IMG/VR virus record: IMGVR_UViG_3300011334_000363
Coordinates: 1-29,174 of that record
Strand: one strand, 5' to 3'
DNA: 29,174 nt
Source of the DNA: a virus
Taxonomy: Duplodnaviria; Caudoviricetes
Shown: in pieces, positions 1 to 7,582 of the stretch
How the letters are laid out: every line of letters begins with the position of its first letter
How positions within the stretch are numbered: the first letter of the stretch is position 1
The notes under the pieces: generated by a model
Told to the model about the DNA's origin: nothing
Databases searched by the model: none
What the model saw: the letters and a program-made list of their open reading frames with translations, nothing else
Translations under genes and position numbers: made by a program

Positions 1-229
1 TTAAGGTCTTACTATCCTTAGCATATTCTTCAGCATCATTTAGAAATTCAAAGACCTTATTTGTATAACCACCACCCTCATAATTTCTAGTCCACATCCA
101 AGCCACAGGCTCTTGCTCAGGTTGGGCAAGAAACTCGTAAATCTCTTTGTATAGATCATAACTGACAAAGAAATCTCCTTTGTTGTCGCCAGATATAACT
201 TTCTTTAGTAACTCTCTTTCAATGCTCAT
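1..229 (-). CDS. Hypothetical phage protein, runs off the left edge
   Basis: Manual translation from ATG at 229: MSIERELLKK...FLAQPEQEPVAWMW..., open to the window edge; overlaps the stop of 219..419. The AQPEQEPVAW motif is typical of small phage accessory proteins. Confidence 0.75.
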   Translation of the reverse strand, partial: MSIERELLKKVISGDNKGDFFVSYDLYKEIYEFLAQPEQEPVAWMWTRNYEGGGYTNKVFEFLNDAEEYAKDSKTL

Positions 230-419
230 AGTAATTGCCTCGAAAATCTATAAAAAAATCACATTCATGTTGTTTTAATTCTTTTTTAAAATCTCCATGC
301 CAAAAATAATCTTTGGTATCGATTTCAATCGATAAATACCTTGCACAATTCTCTTTCTTATCGCAGTTGCTACCTAAACATCTGGCATTTTCATTTGGCA
401 ATGGATACTTCATCTTCAC
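219..419 (-). CDS. Small Cys-rich hypothetical protein
   Basis: 66 aa, ARCLGSNCDKKENCARY...CDFF pattern, tightly packed in the operon. Confidence 0.7.
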   Translation of the reverse strand: MKMKYPLPNENARCLGSNCDKKENCARYLSIEIDTKDYFWHGDFKKELKQHECDFFIDFRGNYYEH

Positions 420-666
420 AATATTCTCCTAATTCAATGTAATCTCCTACAAAAGGAGCGTTTGTACCTAATGCTTTACGATAGTATTCTTGTAATGCAA
501 TTCCTTCCCACCCGTCATACCAGTGCTTAGGTACGCCTTTGGTTTCCTGTTTAACTGTAGACAATGTGCTTATTGCAACACCTGTTTTTTTTCCAATGTC
601 GTATAAGCTATATCCTTTTTTATGCAATACTTGGAGTATCAACGAATAATCAACATCCCTAGCCAT
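391..666 (-). CDS. HTH (XRE-like) DNA-binding protein
   Basis: GYSLYDIGKKTGVAISTLSTVKQ resembles a helix-turn-helix; overlaps both neighbours. Confidence 0.65.
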   Translation of the reverse strand: MARDVDYSLILQVLHKKGYSLYDIGKKTGVAISTLSTVKQETKGVPKHWYDGWEGIALQEYYRKALGTNAPFVGDYIELGEYCEDEVSIAK

Positions 667-1126
667 TATTTATTCGTCCATCCATTTGTTTACGTCTTAA
701 TTCATTACAGAACAATTCTACTTTTTTATTTTTACGCATGAACTGAACTATTTGAGCAGACATGCCTGACAACACTATAGGTTTTCCTTTTTTTATAAAA
801 GCACTTGCTTCACGCACATAAGGCATCCACTCCATAATTTCAGATCTGTTAAACAAGACAGTGCCATCAAAATGTAATTCAGTATGTTTTGGAGCTGAAT
901 ACTTCTTATCTTTTAGGATTTTTTCAAGCATTAACATTTTAACGCCAATTAACTTAGCGATTTCTTTTTTGGTGATGTTTATTTGCTGATCTATTTCTGG
1001 CATCTTTCCAATCCTCTCTTTTAATTTTCTTGCTCTAACTCTAGCATTTATTGATGCCCGATTTTCTTCACGATAGCGTTGATTATGTAATCTTCTTTTT
1101 TCTTTTTTCTCTTCTTCTGTCAACAT
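659..1126 (-). CDS. DNA-binding protein with an AlpA/excisionase-like winged HTH
   Basis: Basic helical N-terminus, then ITKKEIAKLIGV...KYSAPK...VLFNRSEIMEW, which resembles AlpA/Xis; GAGAA purine tract upstream. Confidence 0.55.
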   Translation of the reverse strand: MLTEEEKKEKRRLHNQRYREENRASINARVRARKLKERIGKMPEIDQQINITKKEIAKLIGVKMLMLEKILKDKKYSAPKHTELHFDGTVLFNRSEIMEWMPYVREASAFIKKGKPIVLSGMSAQIVQFMRKNKKVELFCNELRRKQMDGRINNG

Positions 1127-1329
1127 AATAAATTCTCATAAAATTAATAATGTGCTGGATTACCAATTGAGCCGTTATCAATAACCGCCAGCCTTCACCT
1201 TTAATTATGCTGATAGATTTGGCAGAACATAATTATTGGCATTGGTAAAATTTCAAGCTTCCAGCGTAGCCTAACTGCTTCCATGCTTTCTATATCAAAG
1301 AGTGCGGTTACACTGCCTATAAAATTTGT

Positions 1330-1509
1330 TTATTTTCCACACTCCACCCACAACCGTTCAGCTAATTTGTGCTTAAGTGGGTTATTTGTGCGTACAGCAT
1401 GGCGATACTGCCTACCGAGCTGTAGGCAATGTTTGCTTGTTGGTTCTTTTGCAAAAGCGGTGTTGCTGATCGCCATTAATATTATGGCTGTAATTATGTA
1501 ATTTCTCAT
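1330..1509 (-). CDS. Small exported protein with signal peptide
   Basis: Start re-assigned to ATG 1509 (GAGG RBS upstream; the longer start lies inside a terminator hairpin). MRNYIITAIILMAISNTAFA|KE resembles a Sec signal; two Cys. Confidence 0.65.
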   Translation of the reverse strand: MRNYIITAIILMAISNTAFAKEPTSKHCLQLGRQYRHAVRTNNPLKHKLAERLWVECGK

Positions 1510-1518
1510 ATAAACCTC

Positions 1519-1545
1519 AAAAAAATGCCCAGTCATAAGCTGGGC
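1519..1545 (-). terminator. Intrinsic terminator
   Basis: Minus strand reads GCCCAG-cttatga-CTGGGC-a-TTTTTTT, just after the stop of 1555..1890. Confidence 0.7.
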
Positions 1546-1554
1546 GAGTGGTTT

Positions 1555-1890
1555 CTACCCTAAGGAGGTAACTGTTTTCAAAGCCTGCCAGTGCATAGCA
1601 GTTTGAATAAGTTGGTTGATTGGTTCATGGCGATCTTCAAATCTAGGTGCATAAACTGCATGTTCTATGATTTGAAAAAACTCTGAACCATCGCTGTCGA
1701 TGATTTCTCCATTGATTAATGCTTGGCAATAATCAATAAAAGATTGTGCGATCATAGTACCACCAATTTCACAATCTGTTAGCATGTTGTCAACCAGATC
1801 ATCAACTTGAAGCTGAATACCAATTTGGTCATCATCAAACTCATATTCAAACTCTTCCGCCATGCAGTCGTATGTTACTTGACCTTTCAT
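1555..1890 (-). CDS. Acidic hypothetical protein
   Basis: 111 aa, start abuts the stop of the upstream gene, GAGGTGA RBS. Confidence 0.75.
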   Translation of the reverse strand: MKGQVTYDCMAEEFEYEFDDDQIGIQLQVDDLVDNMLTDCEIGGTMIAQSFIDYCQALINGEIIDSDGSEFFQIIEHAVYAPRFEDRHEPINQLIQTAMHWQALKTVTSLG

Positions 1891-2111
1891 TAGAACTCAC
1901 CTCTTGGAGTTACAAATGATGGTATGTTGCTAGGTAACTCTAGCACTTGGTAGATTTGCTCCTCTCCCTTTAAATTCTTTTGAATAATAAATGCACCTGA
2001 TCTGGTTTTGTGTATCAAAGATGCCTTATCGTTGTTGGAAAACGTATTGCCAATGATAAATCCGCATGTTAAAGCGGTTAATACGATTACTGCTATTTGT
2101 TTGTTATTCAT
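1890..2111 (-). CDS. Small membrane-anchored hypothetical protein
   Basis: Likely start MNNKQIAVIVLTALTCGFIIG (hydrophobic helix) after AGAGAGA; the ORF track gives a longer start at 2144, which overlaps the predicted transcription start. Confidence 0.65.
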   Translation of the reverse strand: MNNKQIAVIVLTALTCGFIIGNTFSNNDKASLIHKTRSGAFIIQKNLKGEEQIYQVLELPSNIPSFVTPRGEF

Positions 2112-2144
2112 AATTTCTCTCTTGGTTGTTGTTAATGTGTGCAT

Positions 2145-2186
2145 AGATTAAAACCAATAAACAATCATGTCAACCCTAGATTGACA
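2145..2186 (-). promoter_or_regulatory. Sigma70 promoter overlapped by a 19-bp palindromic operator
   Basis: Minus strand TTGACA(2173-2168)-17 nt-TAATCT(2150-2145); palindrome TGTCAAccctagaTTGACA at 2168-2186. Confidence 0.75.
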
Positions 2187-2190
2187 TTTA

Positions 2191-3519
2191 TTACCGTAAT
2201 GCGCTCAATAGCCGATTCTGCGTGGCATCTTTTGCATTTATAACTTCCATCACTCTGCCATCAATGCCGTCTTTTACAACTAAATGTACAATACGAACGG
2301 GTTTAGTTTGCCCTTGTCGATGTAATCTTGCATTAAATTGTTGGTAATATTCTAATGACCAACACAAGGAAAACCAGATAGTCATGCAACCACCTTCATA
2401 GAGATTAATACCATGCCCTGCTGATTGTGGATGGGCTAATAACAATTTAATCTCACCTCTATTCCATGATTGGATAGTTTCATCACGTTTATCTAAGCGA
2501 ACTGCCGTTGGAAAACGTGCCTGTAAGCGTTCAAGATCACTTCTATAGTTATAAGCTACAAGGATATTTTCATCGTTCTGCTCAATTAATTCAGCTAGAG
2601 CATCAAGTTTTGCCGTGTGAATTTCTCCCCAATTCTTATATTCATCAACATACATTGCACCATTGCAGTATTGCAATAATTTATTAGCTAATACAGCAGC
2701 GTTAATTGCTTCTACTTGATGTCCTTCAAATTCTAAAAATAAATCACGCTCAAAGGCTTTATATGATGCTAAACTTTTACTATCTAGTGTTATTTCTTCT
2801 ATCAAATTAATTCGATCTGGCAATTCCAAATAGTCGGTAGTTTGCATAGATAAGCTATAAGGTTGCATCAGTTTTTGAATGGATGCTTGTGCGCCTTTTC
2901 TTGGGGTAAAACTATATCCCATATAATCTTGCTCAAAAAAGCGTTGCTTATATGCAGTCATAGTGCGACCTAATGAATTACCATAATCAACAAGATAACA
3001 TTGCGACCATAAATCCAATAGCCCATTAGGGGAAGGTGTACCAGTTAGGAGAACCATATACTCAACAAAAGGTAGTATTTTCTTCATGGCTTTAAAACGT
3101 TGGCTGGCAGGGTTTTTAAATGAACTTGATTCATCAATAACCACCATATCAAATGCCCATTTTTTACCGTAATGATTAACTAACCATTGGACGTTTTCTC
3201 GGTTAATGACATAAACATCGTAGTCATAGTGTAAAACTTTAAGGCGTGTATTTTGGTCACCCAATACTCTAGCTACAGATAAATGTTTAGTATGTTCCCA
3301 TTTGCGTGATTCTTGAACCCACACAGAATTAGCTACTCGCAATGGGGCTATTACTAATACTTTTTTTACTGATTTAGTTTTTAATAAATCGCTGATAGCC
3401 GTTAATGTAGATACTGTTTTACCCAATCCCATTTCTAACATTAGAAATGAACGTTTTTTATCTTTTATAAAATTAACTGCTCGATTTTGATATTCGTGTA
3501 AATCAGTTCGGAAAGGCAT
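2191..3519 (-). CDS. SNF2-family (SF2) phage helicase
   Basis: Motif I EMGLGKT, motif II VIDESS, motif III LTGTP, motif V SAGHGINL, motif VI QFNARLHRQGQ. Confidence 0.95.
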   Translation of the reverse strand: MPFRTDLHEYQNRAVNFIKDKKRSFLMLEMGLGKTVSTLTAISDLLKTKSVKKVLVIAPLRVANSVWVQESRKWEHTKHLSVARVLGDQNTRLKVLHYDYDVYVINRENVQWLVNHYGKKWAFDMVVIDESSSFKNPASQRFKAMKKILPFVEYMVLLTGTPSPNGLLDLWSQCYLVDYGNSLGRTMTAYKQRFFEQDYMGYSFTPRKGAQASIQKLMQPYSLSMQTTDYLELPDRINLIEEITLDSKSLASYKAFERDLFLEFEGHQVEAINAAVLANKLLQYCNGAMYVDEYKNWGEIHTAKLDALAELIEQNDENILVAYNYRSDLERLQARFPTAVRLDKRDETIQSWNRGEIKLLLAHPQSAGHGINLYEGGCMTIWFSLCWSLEYYQQFNARLHRQGQTKPVRIVHLVVKDGIDGRVMEVINAKDATQNRLLSALR

Positions 3520-3775
3520 TGATTTGCTCCAAACTGTCTATTACTCGTACATCAAACCCCATAGCTCTTCTGCGGTCATGGTCGTTTTGTTGGGCTATTG
3601 TTGGAACTTTACCTGGTGCTTTGCACTCCACAAAGATAATACGTTTATCAGGAAGCATAATTAAGCGATCTGGTACAGAACGTCTACTTGGGCTAGTATA
3701 TTTTTCACATGTCCCTCCTAATTCTTTTACTTTTTTACATAATGCTTTTTCTATATCTCGTTCAAGCATAACCAA
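3503..3775 (-). CDS. VRR-NUC domain nuclease
   Basis: LERDIE...VPDRL...FVECKAPG PD-(D/E)xK signature; canonical position between polymerase and helicase. Confidence 0.9.
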   Translation of the reverse strand: MVMLERDIEKALCKKVKELGGTCEKYTSPSRRSVPDRLIMLPDKRIIFVECKAPGKVPTIAQQNDHDRRRAMGFDVRVIDSLEQINAFPN

Positions 3776-5537
3776 CTCCTGTTAATAATTCATTTGCTTT
3801 CATAATGTAATACTCATAATCAATATCAGTAGGAAAAGTATCTGGCAAATCCATAAGTGGCATACACCCTACGCTTAAAGGAACTTTATTGCCATTTTTA
3901 GCATAGGTTATAGTCATCTCTTTTAACTCTGGTATTGAAGTATGATAAAATCTTATGGCTTTTCCTAAATATTCATCCTGCCATATTGCGCCACCCGTAA
4001 CTGTACGCACAGTAACAAATTTGGTAATGTCAGTGCATTTTTTAATAGTTTGGCTAATTGGTTTACCTGATGCTATTTTAGCTATGACTGCTTCATAAAT
4101 TATTTGACCATCAGGGTTCTTAGACAATGACGGATCAGCAAAACAACCTTTTCCTTTTGTCTTGCCATCAGTTTTAACTGCTAAGTAATTATTAACATCC
4201 CTTGAAGCTATTATCCTATAGTCTGTTTGTTCAAGATTGTAAGTTGTTTTTAATGTCCATTCAGCAAGTAGTTTCTGCACTAACTCACTATCTTCTGCTC
4301 GATATTTAGTTACAATTCCATCAGTATTGGCACTAACAACTTGTATATTATTTTCTTCTAACGATTCAATTAACATTAGCAAACTTAATTGTCCTGTTAT
4401 AGTAGTTTGTAGCAATAGTTCAGGTGAATATAAAGCACTAAATCTGCTTCCAAATTTTCCGTATGAACCATTTAAAACAATTTTAAGTACATCAGCTTCA
4501 ACTGTGTTTTTATCTCGTTTGGCGGTCACTCTTCGGTCTACAATAGACTGGTATAAAGTTAAAAAATTCTTACCCATATTTTCAGGATACAGTTCTTGTT
4601 GCAAAATAATACTAGGATAAAAAGAAGTCACATCAAAATCACTTATTAAATAAGCAGATGATGCTTTTACTAATTGGCTTTTCTCACAACTATGTAAACC
4701 ACCAATCCCCATTTTATAAATAGTGTTGCCTATTTTTATTTTCTGTCTAGCCAACCATGTTGGCATCTGCACAGAGCCTTTAGCTGACAAAGTAAATTCT
4801 TGTTCAAGCAAACTATTATAAATATTAACTAGCTCTGGATTTTTAAACGAAATAATCAAAGGGTCTTTATAATTAAAGACAAATCCTTCTGCGTAATCTG
4901 TGGGGCTATAAGTGTCATTAGTTATAGCATTGAGTTCTGACTTAATAATTGTTTCTGCAATTTGAGCATCAGATTTAGAACGTAAATCCATACCGTAGGT
5001 TATTTGCATTTCTCTACGGAGATTTATTTGAGGTAATAACTTGTTATAAAGAAGCTCAGTCAATTCCAAATCGTTTTGGCAATAGAGTTCTAATATTTCA
5101 CGCTGTTCTGGTAAGATAGAACTTTGGGGATCTATAGGTAAATCTTGCATCTTTTGAGTATGCAATCTTCCACCGTATATCTTTAATGAAGCAACACCAA
5201 TGGCAACTTCCATAAGGTCAATATGATTGTAATTACCTACTTTTAAATCTTTATCTTTTAAAATCTGATAAGTTGGTTTATCACTTAGTATTATTTGATT
5301 TGATAAATCATGTAATTTTTGACAATCCCATCCTGCTAACGCTCCTGATATGATTGGTAAATCATACTTATTACCATTGAAACTAATAAGTTCTACTTTT
5401 AATATTTCACGCAATAAAGTTTTATTTAAAACGCAATCAGAGTGCATAGGTATTTTAGTAATCTTACCTGACTTACTATTTTTAGCGCAAAAAAGAAAAT
5501 AGTCTTTATAACATTCCACATCAATGAATACTGCCAT
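3762..5537 (-). CDS. Family B-type DNA polymerase with 3'-5' exonuclease
   Basis: ExoI FIDVE, ExoII FNGNKYD, ExoIII YCQND; polymerase motifs DFDVTSFYPS, KIVLNGSYG, SANTDG. Confidence 0.9.
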   Translation of the reverse strand: MAVFIDVECYKDYFLFCAKNSKSGKITKIPMHSDCVLNKTLLREILKVELISFNGNKYDLPIISGALAGWDCQKLHDLSNQIILSDKPTYQILKDKDLKVGNYNHIDLMEVAIGVASLKIYGGRLHTQKMQDLPIDPQSSILPEQREILELYCQNDLELTELLYNKLLPQINLRREMQITYGMDLRSKSDAQIAETIIKSELNAITNDTYSPTDYAEGFVFNYKDPLIISFKNPELVNIYNSLLEQEFTLSAKGSVQMPTWLARQKIKIGNTIYKMGIGGLHSCEKSQLVKASSAYLISDFDVTSFYPSIILQQELYPENMGKNFLTLYQSIVDRRVTAKRDKNTVEADVLKIVLNGSYGKFGSRFSALYSPELLLQTTITGQLSLLMLIESLEENNIQVVSANTDGIVTKYRAEDSELVQKLLAEWTLKTTYNLEQTDYRIIASRDVNNYLAVKTDGKTKGKGCFADPSLSKNPDGQIIYEAVIAKIASGKPISQTIKKCTDITKFVTVRTVTGGAIWQDEYLGKAIRFYHTSIPELKEMTITYAKNGNKVPLSVGCMPLMDLPDTFPTDIDYEYYIMKANELLTGVGYA

Positions 5538-5556
5538 TGTTGCTCCTTGTGATGAT

Positions 5557-5580
5557 AAAAAAGCCCCAATTAAGGGGCTT
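5557..5580 (-). terminator. Intrinsic terminator after the SSB gene
   Basis: Minus strand AAGCCCC-ttaatt-GGGGCTT-TTTT. Confidence 0.8.
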
Positions 5581-5607
5581 AGTTGATAAGTATCAGTTTA
5601 AAAATAT

Positions 5608-6117
5608 TTAGAACTCAGACACATCTTCAAAATCATCAACAGATGCCGATGCCCCATCGGAGAATGGTTCACCATTTCTATAGAATTGTACGGCAATTAA
5701 ATTACCTAGAATTTGTTTACCACCTTTAGGATGATCTGAATACCAGAAATCTAATATGGCATTAACATAACAACCAGCGTATAAACGACCATCTTCTTCA
5801 GCTAAAGGCGTTTTATCAGCATCAATAAGCATACATCTTTTGGTATTTCCAGCTTTAAGAGCCATCATACCTTCATAACCATCATATTCTTTTTCATCAC
5901 CATCTTTAAGGGCAGTGATTTTTAAACCTTTAGGGATTTTACCCTCAAATTTTTCTTCTATATATTCATCAATCGCTTTTTCTACTTGTTTATGAGTAGG
6001 TGAGCCTTTTTTAAACAAAAAAGTTGCTTCAAACTTTGTTTCGACACCATCAAATACAGATTTTTTAAACAAAGATGGAAATGATAAACGTACATTTTCT
6101 ATTTTAATTTTTGACAT
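5608..6117 (-). CDS. Single-stranded DNA-binding protein (DUF2815-like)
   Basis: NVRLSFPSLF, LKDGD, YAGCYVNA, acidic C-terminal tail ending in F. Confidence 0.9.
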   Translation of the reverse strand: MSKIKIENVRLSFPSLFKKSVFDGVETKFEATFLFKKGSPTHKQVEKAIDEYIEEKFEGKIPKGLKITALKDGDEKEYDGYEGMMALKAGNTKRCMLIDADKTPLAEEDGRLYAGCYVNAILDFWYSDHPKGGKQILGNLIAVQFYRNGEPFSDGASASVDDFEDVSEF

Positions 6118-6153
6118 TTTATTTTACCTTTTAGTTTTGTGCCTTAATTGGCT

Positions 6154-6187
6154 TGTAAAGTCTACATTGACATTTGCTAAGTGTCAA
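6154..6187 (-). promoter_or_regulatory. Sigma70 promoter of the SSB gene with a 19-bp operator over the -10
   Basis: Minus strand TTGACA(6187-6182)-17 nt-TAGACT(6164-6159); operator TGTAAAgtctacaTTGACA at 6154-6172. Confidence 0.7.
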
Positions 6188-6194
6188 ATTTATT

Positions 6195-7316
6195 TTAATC
6201 GAAATCATCAGCCGAAACTGATATTGATCTACGATTATCATTAGCTGGCACTAATGTTGGTTTACCTGCTTTTTTAATAATCAAATCATTGATAATATCC
6301 ATATTCTTTTTACCCAATAACTTTTCAGCTTTGGGAACTGATATAAATGATTGTTCAAACAGTTCTTCATGTGTGTATAAATTTGTTAAAGTTGTAACTG
6401 CTAATGCTTCATTAGTCCATGCACGACTACTACGACCTTCTACCAGTTTAAAACCTTTAAATTCTTCACCATTTTCTAGTTTGTCTTTTATATAATCTTC
6501 AACTGCTGATAACCATGATTTAATTAAGGGCGCATTAGTTAATACTTGTTTTAATTGAGCATCGGTTAATTTATTTACGGGTGTTGTATCGCAATTATCA
6601 AACTCACTTAATATTGTATCCGTTGTTAATTGTAATAGTTCTGGGCATAGGGGTTTATGTTTACACCATCGGCATTGTTCATCACCTGGTGTTCTTGGGG
6701 CATCATCAGATAAGGCTATTGTTGCTTGTTGTTTAACAAATTCACCCCACCGGTATAACTCGTCCACAGTGGTAGAAAACTCATCAATATGATCCAAGCG
6801 TGGTTGCACAATTACCATATTAACTTTTTTGATTTTATAATTAAGCGGATAATCAGATAACGCTCCAAGTGCGTAAAGTTTTAATTGGCTATTCTCATAA
6901 GCATTAACTTTTATACCTTTTCCATATTTCAAATCTACAATAGTTAATAAACTTTCATCAGGGTTATAAATTATACAATCTGCTGTACCAAAACCTTCAG
7001 GCGCATAATCTGAAAAGTCTACTCGTTTTTCTATTTCGACCCTTCCTTTTATTAATGCAATAAAATCAAGATAGACTTGTATATTGCTGCACATTTCTTT
7101 AGTAATAATGTTAGCTGATCCATCTAACTTTTTACCTTCAAAGTCAAAAGGGTTTAATTCTTTGCTCAAACACCATTCAGCTAACTCATGTGCATCAGTT
7201 CCTTCTTGAGCAAATGTACTAGAAGTGTTGGTGTAAGGTTCTTGGGCTTTTATGCTACCAGTACAAAGAAGCCACGTATGAGAACCAGATGCACTTAATT
7301 TCGCATGTGCTGTCAT
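6195..7316 (-). CDS. DUF2800 / Cas4-like PD-(D/E)xK exonuclease
   Basis: HAKLSASGSHTWLLC, EGTDAH, FGTADC...IVDLKYGKG, QLKLYALG, CRWCKHKPLC (Fe-S cysteines). Confidence 0.9.
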   Translation of the reverse strand: MTAHAKLSASGSHTWLLCTGSIKAQEPYTNTSSTFAQEGTDAHELAEWCLSKELNPFDFEGKKLDGSANIITKEMCSNIQVYLDFIALIKGRVEIEKRVDFSDYAPEGFGTADCIIYNPDESLLTIVDLKYGKGIKVNAYENSQLKLYALGALSDYPLNYKIKKVNMVIVQPRLDHIDEFSTTVDELYRWGEFVKQQATIALSDDAPRTPGDEQCRWCKHKPLCPELLQLTTDTILSEFDNCDTTPVNKLTDAQLKQVLTNAPLIKSWLSAVEDYIKDKLENGEEFKGFKLVEGRSSRAWTNEALAVTTLTNLYTHEELFEQSFISVPKAEKLLGKKNMDIINDLIIKKAGKPTLVPANDNRRSISVSADDFD

Positions 7317-7350
7317 TTTTATTTGCGCCTTTTATTAAAATAAAGTAGAG

Positions 7351-7384
7351 TGTCAAGTCTACATTGTCATTGGGAATAAAGCAA
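7351..7384 (-). promoter_or_regulatory. Divergent control region with a 19-bp operator
   Basis: TGTCAAgtctacaTTGTCA at 7351-7369; leftward TTGCTT(7384-7379)-17 nt-TAGACT(7361-7356). Confidence 0.6.
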
Positions 7385-7386
7385 CT

Positions 7387-7581
7387 ATGAATACAGAATT
7401 AATTATTAAGCACTTTGGTAATCAAAGGAAGATGGCATTGCGACTTGGTGTAAGCCGTCAGGCTGTAGGGGAATGGATAAAATTAGGTACTATTCCAGCA
7501 AATAGGGCTATCCAGATCGAGAAGATAACTAACGGAGAACTGAAGGCTATCGAGATGCCTATCATAGAGCATCGGGGCTAA
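7387..7581 (+). CDS. Cro-like HTH repressor
   Basis: IKHFGNQRKMALRLGVSRQAVGEW...IPANRAIQIEKITNGELKA is a typical Cro/YdaS-like pattern. Confidence 0.9.
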   Translation: MNTELIIKHFGNQRKMALRLGVSRQAVGEWIKLGTIPANRAIQIEKITNGELKAIEMPIIEHRG

Positions 7582-7582
7582 T

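Noticed and set aside
6195-7316. Cas4-like nuclease as a sign of CRISPR
   Set aside because: It is the standard DUF2800 member of the phage replication module; no cas1/cas2 and no repeat-spacer array in the window.
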